Shown piece after piece: positions 10,448 to 20,385 of a stretch of 64,000 nucleotides of DNA. The notes beneath the pieces are model-generated. The model made no database searches and was not told the origin of the DNA. It saw nothing but the letters and a program-made list of their open reading frames with translations. The DNA comes from an uncultured delta proteobacterium (GTDB taxonomy: Bacteria; Desulfobacterota; Binatia; Binatales; Binataceae): NCBI GenBank assembly GCA_963765675.1, contig CAVXXK010000006.1:160001-224000 (forward strand), read 5' to 3'. The position numbers and the translations under genes were made by a program. How positions within the stretch are numbered: position 1 is the first letter of the stretch; every line of letters begins with the position of its first letter.

Positions 10448-11196
10448 GACGCCGCGACTCGCGCGCTGCGCGCATGCAGGATGAACGACGCGGCGAAATA
10501 ATACACGATAAAACTGAGTGAGACTCCGAGCATGATCGGATTTACGATCGGCAGCATCGGGAGCATCGCGAAGGTCACTACCGCCCACACGATTCCATAC
10601 GCGAGCGTCACTGGCCGCAGCGGAACCGTGCGGCTCGGATAGATATATCTGATCGGCACGAACACCATCACCGCGAAAATTATCAGGATTGCCCAGTTGA
10701 TCACGCTCGGCCAGTGGAGGCAGTAGAGATAGAACGCGACGATATTCCAGTAGTTCGGAAAGCCGAGAAAATAATGATCATCGGTCTTCGCGTCGGTCTG
10801 GCAGAAGCCGTACACGCTTGCCAGCATGATGAAGCACGCGAGCACGAGGCCCGGAATCGACTTGGGAATGATGCCCGCTTCGAGCATCAGGAACACGGCG
10901 GCGACGGTGTAGGTCAGGTAGTCGACGATATTGTCGAGCAGCGAGCCGTCGAACGAAGGCACGCGATGCTTGACATCGACCCACCTGGCGAGGGCTCCGT
11001 CGCTCGAGTCGATAAAGATCGCGATTCCGATCGCGACGAACGACATCGGAAAGTTTTGCTCCGCCGCGTAGTAGATCGCGAGCAATCCCGCCGCCGCGCC
11101 GAGCGCGGTGTACAGATGTACGGCCCAGGCGCAGGCCAGCAGAATACGCTGGCGCGGCAATGGTCCGGAGATGGTTCCCGCCGCGCTGGTCATCAC
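10444..11196 (-). CDS. pcs: Phosphatidylcholine synthase-like CDP-alcohol phosphatidyltransferase
   Basis: AWAVHLYTALG, DSSDGALAR...DGSLLDNIVDYLTY, FLGFPNYWN, YIYPSR: typical of Pcs. Confidence 0.8.
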   Translation of the reverse strand: MMTSAAGTISGPLPRQRILLACAWAVHLYTALGAAAGLLAIYYAAEQNFPMSFVAIGIAIFIDSSDGALARWVDVKHRVPSFDGSLLDNIVDYLTYTVAAVFLMLEAGIIPKSIPGLVLACFIMLASVYGFCQTDAKTDDHYFLGFPNYWNIVAFYLYCLHWPSVINWAILIIFAVMVFVPIRYIYPSRTVPLRPVTLAYGIVWAVVTFAMLPMLPIVNPIMLGVSLSFIVYYFAASFILHARSARVAAS

Positions 11197-11214
11197 ATTC
11201 TCACTTAAGCATCG

Positions 11215-11748
11215 TCACTTGGCGGGTTTCACGTGACGCGGCCCGAAGTGATCTTCGAGCACGGTCATGAATGGACCGCACGCGCGGCGGCGTTTGACCA
11301 GCAACATCGCTTCTTCCAGCGACATCTGGCGGCACGCGCGCAGGTACGCGATCGCAAGCGTCGGCGCGCGGTTCATCCCGGCGTTGCAGTGCAGGTAAAC
11401 CCGCTGGCGGGTTTTCATCAGCTCGCACAGATCTTCGAGCGCAACTTCCAGCCGCTCAGCCATCGCGTCCGCGCTGCCGTCCTGGATCGGAGTCCGCACG
11501 AACATCATCCCGCGCGCATCATACTCGCCGCGCAGCTCCGTGGCGTTGAGCCCGTTGATACGCAAATCCTCGTCGTCCTGGAGATTGTGCACCGCGGTGA
11601 CGCCGTAGGTGTCTTTGAGCCATCCGATATCTTCCGGGGCGGGATATTCGCCGATCAGCAGCTCGTCGGTGATCTCGCTGACGGAGGGGCGGCGGTCGCC
11701 GCGGGTCGAGCGCGGATGGCCGTCGGAGTTTTTGCTGAACCAGTCCAT
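11215..11748 (-). CDS. Dual-specificity (CX5R) phosphatase family protein
   Basis: VYLHCNAGMNRAPT catalytic loop; general-acid PIQD. Confidence 0.88.
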   Translation of the reverse strand: MDWFSKNSDGHPRSTRGDRRPSVSEITDELLIGEYPAPEDIGWLKDTYGVTAVHNLQDDEDLRINGLNATELRGEYDARGMMFVRTPIQDGSADAMAERLEVALEDLCELMKTRQRVYLHCNAGMNRAPTLAIAYLRACRQMSLEEAMLLVKRRRACGPFMTVLEDHFGPRHVKPAK

Positions 11749-11810
11749 CGCCTTGAATTTAGCCGGGTCGGAATAGTCAATTCCAGTATGGCATCATTCG
11801 CCCGTCCACG

Positions 11811-12656
11811 TCATTGCCGCGCGGTGCATACGTTCGGGCTGCCCGCCTGCTTCCATTCGTAGAGCCAGATCGAGGCGAGCGTCGAGGCGGCGTCGGCGAT
11901 CTGTCCATTGAAGAGCGCCGAGTCGTGCGCGAACAGCGCATCGGCGTATGCGGAATTGTCGCCGCCGGCAGTTCGCGCGGCGCGATCGTCGGCGATGATT
12001 CGGCGGACCAGCGCGTGCGAGCGCGAGATCTCGCCGATCGCCGCAGGCCATACTCCCGCAATGGCGGTGACGCGAACCTCAGGCGCCGCGGCGCGCTCGA
12101 TATCGCGCGTGCGATGGTTGGCGGCGTTCTCGATCCGCTCGTGGCATCCGCGCTGCCTCCTGCTGCAATCGTGGCGAATCGTCGTGTGCAGCGGCTGGCT
12201 CGCGTCGCCGACGTAGTGCGCGAGATAGCCCGAATGCGTGACGGCTGCGGCGCAATCGCCGCGCTGCCAGTCCTCGCGCACCAGAGCCGCCTCGCTCTCG
12301 ATCGTCCACGGCAGAGTGCCCGCCTTATCGACGCGATACTTGCCGTACCGCGAGAGCATCGTGCTCAAATCCGGTGACAGGGCGGACAGCGGATCGGCGC
12401 CATACCTTTCCAGATCGATGTAATGCCGGATCGCCTCGGCGTGTCCGTAGCGGTCGCGCAAAGTTGTATCGGGCGCGACGGCGTCGGATTCGAGCGCGCG
12501 CTCGTTTTTCGCGAGCGCCTCTTTCAACGGCGAAGCGGGCAGGGCGCTCACCGCGAGGCTCGCGATCATCCGATGCGTTCCGCTGTCCCACGCACTAGCG
12601 GTCGACGCGGTCGCCAGGAGTACGATCGTCCACAGAATCGTGAAGAGCAGCTTCAC
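11811..12656 (-). CDS. Secreted Zn-dependent phospholipase C / S1-P1 nuclease superfamily hydrolase
   Basis: Signal peptide ending ASA followed by W1 (WDSGTH), PD, HYIDLE, HYVGDASQPLH, HERIE. GTG at 12656 overlaps the upstream TGA. Confidence 0.82.
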   Translation of the reverse strand: MKLLFTILWTIVLLATASTASAWDSGTHRMIASLAVSALPASPLKEALAKNERALESDAVAPDTTLRDRYGHAEAIRHYIDLERYGADPLSALSPDLSTMLSRYGKYRVDKAGTLPWTIESEAALVREDWQRGDCAAAVTHSGYLAHYVGDASQPLHTTIRHDCSRRQRGCHERIENAANHRTRDIERAAAPEVRVTAIAGVWPAAIGEISRSHALVRRIIADDRAARTAGGDNSAYADALFAHDSALFNGQIADAASTLASIWLYEWKQAGSPNVCTARQ

Positions 12657-15600
12657 GCTTTCGCGCCACGGCTGTGGCGAGCGCGATCGTTGCGCGCGTG
12701 AGCGCTCTCGGGAGATTTGGAAGTCGCCTGCTCCGGCTCGGTTGCGGACTCGATCGCGGCTGCCGCTTTGCGCACGCGCGCGGCGCGGGCGGGCGGCGCG
12801 CCCAACGCGACCACGGCGCGACGCATGTGCTCGGCGAGTTTCCGGTAGGCGCCCATCCCTTCGCCATTCTCCGTTAGCGCGCGCATCGCGGCGTTCGTGA
12901 TCACGCTCCCGATCCTGACGTCCACCGGATGACGCCGCGGCCACAGGCTGCCCTTGCCCAGCACCTGGTGCGTGCCGCGAATCAGAACCGGCAGTACGTC
13001 GCATCCGCTGCGCAGCGCGAGGTATCCTGCCCCGCTCTTGAACTCGTGGATCGCGCCGTCAGCGGAGCGCGTGCCCTCCGGGAACATCAGCACGCTCTTG
13101 CCGGCGGCGAGCTCGGCCAGCGCGTCGTCGAGCGATTCGAGCTGCGCGCGCTCGCGATCGAACGGGATGAGCGAAGTAAAATTCGAGGCGAGAAAGCGGC
13201 GCGCGCCGGTGTTGAAGAAGTAATCCTTGGCAGCCAGCACCACCAGGTCGTCGCCCATCGCGCCGAGCGCGTACCCGACCAGGCCAAAATCGAGATGACT
13301 CGAATGATTCGCGACCACCACCACGTTGCGATTCGCGGGCACGTTGCCACGTCCGAGAATTTCCGGCCTGAGCCACGTCTGAAAGGCGCCCTGCTGCGAG
13401 CGCCGGAGCATCCGCCGCGCGAGTCCGCGAACCGCCGCGGGCAGCTTGGGCGTATAAGGATCGGCAAACCGCGCGTACGAGGGCATCCGCACTCGTCCGC
13501 TGCCGTTGCCGGCCTGCGCGATGCGCTGCAGATCCTCGACCGTGCGCAGGTCGCTCATCTCTTCGGGTCCGATGTCGCGCCCGGCGTGTTCGGCAATATG
13601 CTCGCCCAGCTCCGCCATCGCCAGCGAGTCGAGTCCCAAGTCCTCGATCAGTCGCGTCGTAGGATTGATCGCGATTCGTTCCGACGAGACTTGCGCGAGC
13701 GCCTGCGCGAGCCACGGCTCGACCTCCGCGCTGTGAGCGGCCGCGGCGCTCTCGGCGCTCGTGGCGGCGAGCATCCGGCGCAGGATCGCGGCGACCTCGT
13801 TGCGTTTGACCTTGCGCGTGCGGGTGCGCGGCAGCTCGGCGTCGGTGAAGCGGATGATCCGGATGCGCTTGTGCGGGCTCAGTCCCTGCGCGATTTTCTC
13901 GAAGTGCGCGCGCAAGCCGTCCTCGACCGTGCGCCTGCTCTCACCGCGCGCGTACGCGGGAACCGCCAGCGCCGCAACCTGCTCACCCTGCGCGACCTGC
14001 AATCCGACCACCGCGATCTCGCGCAGGTACGGCGAATGTCCGTACGCCTCTTCGAGCTCGTCGATATAGATGTTGTTGCCGCCCGAATCGACGATCACTT
14101 CCTTGGCGCGACCCACGATAAAGAGCCGCCCCTCGGCGTCGAGGCGCCCGAGGTCTCCGGTATGCAGCCATCCGTCGCGCAGAACTTCGTCGGTGGCGGA
14201 TTGATTGCGATAGTAACCCGCCATCACGTTCGCGCCGCGCGCGCAGATTTCTCCGATCTCCGCACCGTCGGGATCGAGCCGAATCTCGACGCCGGAGAGC
14301 GGCTTGCCGACCGAGCCGGCGCATCGCGGATCATCAGGATGCGCGGTGCTCAGAACGGGCGCGGCCTCGGTCAGGCCGTAGCCTTCGAGCAGATGGATTC
14401 CAAGGTCGCCGAAAAAATCTCCGACGCGCAGCGGCAGCGCCGCTCCGCCGCTGACCGCCAGCCGCAGCCGTCCGCCGAGCGCCTGATGCGCTTGCCGGAA
14501 GAGGACCGAGCCCAGGTTGATGCCCGAGTCTCTGTCGAGCCGCCGATTCAGCTCGCGCATCTGGCCGAATGCGGCGGCGAAGAAGGGCCCACGCTCTTCA
14601 ACCTCGTCAACGATCCGGCGATGAACCGCTTCCCACAACGCGGGCACGCCGATCAGCGCGGTCGGTCGAATGTCGGCGAGAATCCGCGAAAGATTCTTGG
14701 CGTCGAACTCGATCGGGTAAGCGATCGCGGCGCCGCTCGCGAGCGGCAGCAGCATCCCGCAGGTGAACTCGAACGTATGATGCAGCGGCAGCAGCGAGAG
14801 CAGGGTGTCGTCGCCAGAGAGCGCGAACACGCGGCTTATCATCGCGACCTCGGCCGCGAAATTCCCGTGCGTCAGCATCACGCCTTTGGGCGCGCCTGTA
14901 GTGCCCGAGGTGAAGACGATCGACGCGAGCGCTTTGCGCTCGGGCGGAGCGACGGGAGCGGCCGCCTTGTCGAGAATAAACGGGCGGGTAAGCTCGGCCA
15001 GGTCGACCGCAACCGCTCCTGGAGCCACCGCGTGAATCGAGTCGCCGAGCCGTTTGGCGACGGCGCTCGAGCGCAACGCGCCGCGCGGCTGCGCGATCTT
15101 GCAGATCGGCGCAAGCTCATCGGCCGAGATCAGATGGTCGAGCGGCACCGCGACCGCGCCCGCGCACAGGATCGCGAAGAATCCAAGCACCCAGTCGGGC
15201 GAATTTTCGGAGATGAGCAGCACGCGATCGCCGGGCTTGATTCCGCGCCGCGCGAGCAAGAGAGCCGCGCGATGCGCCCGGTCGCGCAGCTCACGATAGC
15301 TCATCGTCGTGCGTTCTCCGGCGGGTCTCCGCGCGATCAGTGCGGGTGCGGAGCCGTAACGCTCGGCGGCACGATCGAGCAGATCGACCAGGTTGCGATA
15401 GCGCGGCAGCGAGCGTTGGCGGCGCGTATGCAGATCGAGCTGGCCGAAAATATGCCGTCGCAGGCCGGGCATGTGGATATTCATCCAGTAGTCGCGCCAG
15501 TCGATCCGGTCGGGGCGATACGGATGATGCTTCACGTCGTCGCGTGCGAGGCTCGCGTAAAGCGCGCGCGCGTTCGCGCCGTGGAATGTATAGACCAGCT

Positions 15601-17056
15601 CCTGGATATATGGACGGTAAACCTCGACCAGCTCGCGCGCGAGATCGGTGTTGTCCTTGAACGTGTCGATACGCGTTTCGAGCTGCTTGATTCGTTCGGA
15701 ATCGTCGCCGACTACAGAGCGCGCGATCTCGGCCGCGCGTTTGAGAATGCGCGGCAACGTCTCGCTCGCGAGGTCGTAGGTATTCTGCGAGACGACTACC
15801 GCTTCCAGATGCTTCGCCATCCGGGCCGACGAGCCCTTGTCGCCGCGATGGTCGCGGCGATTAGTCAGTGCGGTCAGCTCGACCAGCCGGCGCATCGGAA
15901 GTGGATTACGATCCGAAGTGCATAGTTGATAAATCGGCTTCTGGCGCTTGATCAGCAGCGCGCCGAGAATCGGGATCATCGCGTGCGCCGCGAGATCGAC
16001 CGGAATCACGTCGAGCACCAGCTCGGCCTTCGCCGGATAGAAGCGGTAGCCGCGTCCGGACAGATAGGTCAGCGGAGCGCTGGTGTTAACGCCCTGGTTC
16101 CATCCGGGAAAGGGATCGGCGAGCGCGCTTTCGATTACGGCGGGGCGCACGACGGTTACGTTCAGCTCGTCGCGCGCCGCTAATACTAATTGCTCACCCA
16201 GGCTCTTGGTATAGCTATAGGTATTAGGCCATCCCCATTTGAGCGCGCGTTGCTTGCCTACGTCTTTCAAGCGCTCTTCGACCCAGGCTTTGCGGCGATG
16301 CTCGAGCGCGCCTTCGCGGGTCTCGACTTCGGCGTTGTCGTCGTCGGATTCGCCGCGAAAATCCGCCAGCCGCTGCTGGTCGCGCGATTCCGCTTCGACT
16401 CGTGCGATTGCGGCGCGCGCGTCGCGAATCTCGCGCTCGAGGTTGAAGCTCTTGCGTCCGGCGGGACACCAATTGGTCGGAATATCGTCTTCGAACCGAT
16501 GCCCGTCAGCCGCGCCGGCGACATAGCAGGTCGAGATATGGAGCATCGCGGCGCCGATCTTCTTGCAGAACGCGACCACGTTCGCGACGCCACCCGCGTT
16601 GACCTCGATCGACTTGGACAGTGACGCTTCGAAGTTGACCAGCCCGGCGCTATGTACAACGGCGTCGATACTGCCGCTTCGGATCGGGTCCGCATCGGCG
16701 GCGAGCAAGTCAGGATTGGTAATATCGCCGGGAACGACTACTACTTTCTCTTCTATATAGTGGTCGAAGCGGGAGCCGAGATGCTCGCGCAACGGCGCCA
16801 TCGCCGGCGAGTCGAGAATCTCGCGGCGGAAGCGATTGAGGCTCGATTTCTTGTCGCCGCGAACCAGAATAAATACGCGATCGAGCTCCGGATGCCACCG
16901 CAGGAGCAGCATTAAAAACACTTTGCCCAGGAAGCCGGTCGCGCCGGTCAGGAAGATGCGCCGCTTGCGGAAAATCTCTTCGAGCGGCGGCATCGCGCTG
17001 CTTGAGCGTCCATTTAATCCGCGGCTATTTCCGTTGCTTCCTGACACTTGCTTCAA
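12653..17056 (-). CDS. elbD: ElbD-like multidomain enzyme: fatty acyl reductase + acyl-CoA/AMP ligase + ACP + PlsC acyltransferase
   Basis: TGATGFLGK and YSYTK (reductase); FTSGTTGAPKG, GYGLTE, HTGDLG (adenylation); DLGLDSL (phosphopantetheine site); NHSSHLD and FPEGTRS (acyltransferase). Same domain order as Myxococcus ElbD. Confidence 0.88.
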   Translation of the reverse strand: MKQVSGSNGNSRGLNGRSSSAMPPLEEIFRKRRIFLTGATGFLGKVFLMLLLRWHPELDRVFILVRGDKKSSLNRFRREILDSPAMAPLREHLGSRFDHYIEEKVVVVPGDITNPDLLAADADPIRSGSIDAVVHSAGLVNFEASLSKSIEVNAGGVANVVAFCKKIGAAMLHISTCYVAGAADGHRFEDDIPTNWCPAGRKSFNLEREIRDARAAIARVEAESRDQQRLADFRGESDDDNAEVETREGALEHRRKAWVEERLKDVGKQRALKWGWPNTYSYTKSLGEQLVLAARDELNVTVVRPAVIESALADPFPGWNQGVNTSAPLTYLSGRGYRFYPAKAELVLDVIPVDLAAHAMIPILGALLIKRQKPIYQLCTSDRNPLPMRRLVELTALTNRRDHRGDKGSSARMAKHLEAVVVSQNTYDLASETLPRILKRAAEIARSVVGDDSERIKQLETRIDTFKDNTDLARELVEVYRPYIQELVYTFHGANARALYASLARDDVKHHPYRPDRIDWRDYWMNIHMPGLRRHIFGQLDLHTRRQRSLPRYRNLVDLLDRAAERYGSAPALIARRPAGERTTMSYRELRDRAHRAALLLARRGIKPGDRVLLISENSPDWVLGFFAILCAGAVAVPLDHLISADELAPICKIAQPRGALRSSAVAKRLGDSIHAVAPGAVAVDLAELTRPFILDKAAAPVAPPERKALASIVFTSGTTGAPKGVMLTHGNFAAEVAMISRVFALSGDDTLLSLLPLHHTFEFTCGMLLPLASGAAIAYPIEFDAKNLSRILADIRPTALIGVPALWEAVHRRIVDEVEERGPFFAAAFGQMRELNRRLDRDSGINLGSVLFRQAHQALGGRLRLAVSGGAALPLRVGDFFGDLGIHLLEGYGLTEAAPVLSTAHPDDPRCAGSVGKPLSGVEIRLDPDGAEIGEICARGANVMAGYYRNQSATDEVLRDGWLHTGDLGRLDAEGRLFIVGRAKEVIVDSGGNNIYIDELEEAYGHSPYLREIAVVGLQVAQGEQVAALAVPAYARGESRRTVEDGLRAHFEKIAQGLSPHKRIRIIRFTDAELPRTRTRKVKRNEVAAILRRMLAATSAESAAAAHSAEVEPWLAQALAQVSSERIAINPTTRLIEDLGLDSLAMAELGEHIAEHAGRDIGPEEMSDLRTVEDLQRIAQAGNGSGRVRMPSYARFADPYTPKLPAAVRGLARRMLRRSQQGAFQTWLRPEILGRGNVPANRNVVVVANHSSHLDFGLVGYALGAMGDDLVVLAAKDYFFNTGARRFLASNFTSLIPFDRERAQLESLDDALAELAAGKSVLMFPEGTRSADGAIHEFKSGAGYLALRSGCDVLPVLIRGTHQVLGKGSLWPRRHPVDVRIGSVITNAAMRALTENGEGMGAYRKLAEHMRRAVVALGAPPARAARVRKAAAAIESATEPEQATSKSPESAHARNDRARHSRGAKA

Positions 17057-17073
17057 CTAGTTAATCGACCTGG

Positions 17074-18714
17074 CTATTCAACGTCTGCGATCACCAGCGG
17101 CGGCAGATGTAGATAGGTAATTGACGCCGATCGTCCGAGCTCGGAGGTCGCCATCGCGATCGCCTCGTCGAGCGTGTCGGCGGAATCCCATCCCAGGCGC
17201 GCCGCGACTTCGGGCTGTTCGCATCCGGCGGAGATCACGCGCCCGACATGCTGGCGCGCGGGTTCGCCCCAATACCACATGTAGAACGGATGCACGCCAT
17301 GGTAGGCGTGGCCGTAGCGGTACATATGAGTATAGGTAGGATTATGCGCGAACTCGCGCTCGAAATTCTTTTCCAGCTCGACGGAGTCGGTCGTCTCGGC
17401 GAGGCATCGATGGTAAAACTCGATGTAGCTCGGATGATGCTCCGGATGAAATTCGTCGCGCAGCGGATGGCAAATAATCATCGTGCCGCCCGGCCGCACC
17501 AGCGGCTTATTCCGGTACATGTTGAACAGGTAGCCCATCCCGGTGCATTGCACGAGAATGGGATTCATGATCGAGTTGACATTGTAAGGACAGATAAACG
17601 GGACGCCGACAATTAGTATGTCGGCCTGTCCCTTGACCGGGACTGCGTATTGCTGGAAGACCCGCGCGAGCGCTTTTTCGTGCACCGCGTCGGTATTGCC
17701 GGCCCATACTCCCGTCATCCCGTATGGCGAGCGGTAGTTGTGCAGGACGGTGCGCCGCAGCTCGTTGGACATGTTGCGCATCGTCCAGCGAAAGGCGTTG
17801 GTGCGCGTGCGATCCCAGTCACTGAACTGGTCTTCGTTCTTGTGCAGAAAATCCATCATCCCGCCGTACATGTGAGTATTGACGGCGGTCTCGACCGTGA
17901 AGACGTTCAGGTTATCATTGACTATTGCGCCCATCCGGTTTGCCGAGCGATGCAGGCCCGAATGCTTCGGATCCATGTACGAATGAGAATCACGCAGCGT
18001 CGCGGGGTTATGATGATGCCGCAGGCTCTGGTACGGCGCGAGGCCGACGGCGACCGACTTGTGCCCGCCGTCCATCGGAACCAGATTGATATTTACGTAG
18101 AGTAGCAAGTCCGATTCGGCGGCACGCTTCGAGAGCCAAACTTCCTCGCCATGATCGGTCTTCCCGAGCATCGTGATTTCGGCGCGGTTCTCGCCGTCGA
18201 AATTGTACAGGCGGTCGGGCCAGAACTGCTTGAACGCACGCTCGCCGACGACGCGGCGAATCTCGGCTTCGGTCATCCGACGATGCAGCGCCGTGGCGAT
18301 AATGATGTGCACGTCGTCGACGCCGTAATCCGCCAGCGTCTGAAGCATCTGGTTCAGCACGCGCTCGCGGATATCGGGCGCGCGCATCTGCGGGAGCGGC
18401 AGGCTGATGTCGTCGATCGCGATCGTGACGCGCATGTTCGGATTTAGCTGTGCGAACAGAGGGTCGGCGTTCTCGGGACGCAATAGAGCGTAGCGGATGG
18501 CCTGGTCGGGATCGGGCAGCTCTTCGAGCGGCGGCGGCGGATAGATGACGCGGGTGCCGATCGGCAGCTTTTCGTACAGGAATTCTTCGCCGTACGCGAT
18601 CAGGCGGCGCTCGGAGCGGCGGTTGACGGTGACCACCAGGTCGCGGCGCGCGCCGACGTCGTGCTTGAGCTCGGCGGGCTTGAGCTCTTTGAGCTTGGCC
18701 TCAGGACGCGCCAT
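17074..18714 (-). CDS. Lactate racemase (LarA/DUF2088)-like protein, ElbC-like
   Basis: VTIAIDDISLP, IIATALHRRMT and DGGHKS motifs of the LarA N-terminal domain; lies between HAD-IB and ElbD-like genes. Confidence 0.78.
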   Translation of the reverse strand: MARPEAKLKELKPAELKHDVGARRDLVVTVNRRSERRLIAYGEEFLYEKLPIGTRVIYPPPPLEELPDPDQAIRYALLRPENADPLFAQLNPNMRVTIAIDDISLPLPQMRAPDIRERVLNQMLQTLADYGVDDVHIIIATALHRRMTEAEIRRVVGERAFKQFWPDRLYNFDGENRAEITMLGKTDHGEEVWLSKRAAESDLLLYVNINLVPMDGGHKSVAVGLAPYQSLRHHHNPATLRDSHSYMDPKHSGLHRSANRMGAIVNDNLNVFTVETAVNTHMYGGMMDFLHKNEDQFSDWDRTRTNAFRWTMRNMSNELRRTVLHNYRSPYGMTGVWAGNTDAVHEKALARVFQQYAVPVKGQADILIVGVPFICPYNVNSIMNPILVQCTGMGYLFNMYRNKPLVRPGGTMIICHPLRDEFHPEHHPSYIEFYHRCLAETTDSVELEKNFEREFAHNPTYTHMYRYGHAYHGVHPFYMWYWGEPARQHVGRVISAGCEQPEVAARLGWDSADTLDEAIAMATSELGRSASITYLHLPPLVIADVE

Positions 18715-19489
18715 CGATGATCTCCCCGGAAGCTGCCAGCGCGCGATCGCCCTCAGTTGCGGCGGCGGAGTCGCGGGATTTGTCGAAGGTGATAATCGGC
18801 CAATTGCGCCCGAGCGCTGCAGCGCGCAGCTTGCGATCGGGATTGACGGCTACCGGATGCCCCAGCGCGGCGAGAAACGGCAGATCGTAGTAGGAATCCG
18901 CGTAGCCCCAGCACCTGTCGAGCGAGATATCGCGCGTGGCCGCGAACTCCGCACACCACGCGGCTTTCTCTTCCGCCGCCATCACGGGCGCCGCGATACG
19001 CCCAGTTGCGCGTCCCCGCGACATCACCAGGCGATTGGCGGCGACGTGATTGACCCCAAGATGGCGCGCGAGTGGCTCGGCGATAAAGTCGGGTGAGCCG
19101 GTGACGAGGACCGGTTCGAGTCCGAAATCACGGTTGGCGCTCAAAATCTCGACCGCGCGCGGATAGAGATTCCTGAGCAGCACGCGCTCGCAGTATTCCT
19201 CGCCGAGCGAGAACAGCCGGTCGGACGAGACGCCTTGAAATGATTCGAACAGAACCTGATTAAGCAATCTGCGATCCTTGCGCTCGGCCAGATAAAGGCG
19301 CGGCGCTCGCGCGGCGAACGAGAGCAGGTATCCGGCGCGCCCGGACCATTCGCCCAGGTTGGCCAGGATGAAAAGTGCGGAGTGGACGAGATTGAGCGCG
19401 CACAGGGTGCCGTCGAGGTCATAGAAGGCCACGCCGGCCTGAGGTTTTTTCCGCGGCAAGCGAGCTTCCTTTTGCGCTAAAACTGACAT
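18701..19489 (-). CDS. HAD-IB family hydrolase (ElbB-like)
   Basis: FYDLDGTL, LVTGS, YADSYYDLPFL, VNPDRKL. Confidence 0.88.
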   Translation of the reverse strand: MSVLAQKEARLPRKKPQAGVAFYDLDGTLCALNLVHSALFILANLGEWSGRAGYLLSFAARAPRLYLAERKDRRLLNQVLFESFQGVSSDRLFSLGEEYCERVLLRNLYPRAVEILSANRDFGLEPVLVTGSPDFIAEPLARHLGVNHVAANRLVMSRGRATGRIAAPVMAAEEKAAWCAEFAATRDISLDRCWGYADSYYDLPFLAALGHPVAVNPDRKLRAAALGRNWPIITFDKSRDSAAATEGDRALAASGEIIDGAS

Positions 19490-19495
19490 GTCATT

Positions 19496-20146
19496 CTAGT
19501 TCCGGGCAAATAAAAAGCGCGGCTCCGGGTCGCCATTGCCAGCCCGTGCAGCGGCTTCCAGAAGCTCGGGCCGCGCTACGCCGCGCAAGCCAAAATCCAG
19601 GATCTCCTCGACCAGCGCGGAAGTGTCAGATTTAGGTGTGCGCGAGAGCAGACTGACGACTTCCTTGATCGCACCCAGGATGCAATACGCGATCGCGCGC
19701 GTGTCGGATTTGCGCACCAGGTTCATCTCGATTCCCAAATCCAGCGAGCGCTGGATCAGCATCGCGATCCGGTCGTAGAACTCGCGGATACGCTGGTCGA
19801 GCTCGCGATCGAATCCCACCGAATGGTTGAGCAGGATATCGGTCAGCTCGCGCTCCTCGAGGACGTACTCGACCACGCGACGCAGATTGTCGCGAAGCTG
19901 CTCGACGGGATCAGGCTGGTCCGCGCCGACGCGCAGCCGCAGGATTCGGGTGGTCAGCTCGGTCAGCACCTGCTCGAGCAACTCCTCGAACAAGTCTTTC
20001 TTGTTTTGGAAATAGAGATAGAAGGTGCCACGCGCGATTCGCGCGCGCGCGATAATATCGGCGACGTTAGTCCGATGATATCCCTTGCGGGCGAATATCC
20101 GTTTTGCATGGCGCAACACCTGCGCGCGCCGAGCCTGCTTTTCCAT
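19496..20146 (-). CDS. TetR/AcrR family transcriptional regulator
   Basis: FARKGYHRTNVADII...ARGTFYLYFQNK helix-turn-helix. Confidence 0.92.
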   Translation of the reverse strand: MEKQARRAQVLRHAKRIFARKGYHRTNVADIIARARIARGTFYLYFQNKKDLFEELLEQVLTELTTRILRLRVGADQPDPVEQLRDNLRRVVEYVLEERELTDILLNHSVGFDRELDQRIREFYDRIAMLIQRSLDLGIEMNLVRKSDTRAIAYCILGAIKEVVSLLSRTPKSDTSALVEEILDFGLRGVARPELLEAAARAGNGDPEPRFLFARN

Positions 20147-20385
20147 CGTGATGATTCTACCAAAGCCCGAGGCTAACGGCCCTCCGGACCACTGTCAAAC
20201 CGCCCCGCCGCCAGCCTGTGGATTGTTTTTCCGGCCGCGCGCGAGGTGCGCTGCATGTTCTCGTGTGGGCCTTGCTAAATCGCTCCCGTGCCAGGAATGA
20301 CCGCGCGAGGCGCTGGCGTCGGGCGGGCGGGATCGTTTACCTTCGTTGGGCGATGCGGGTGCGCGTCGTTCATGGAGGTGACGCG

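Noticed and set aside
12929-15925. 998-aa plus-strand ORF and many other long antisense ORFs
   Set aside because: Shadow frames of well-supported genes in high-GC DNA; Arg/Ala-rich with no motifs.
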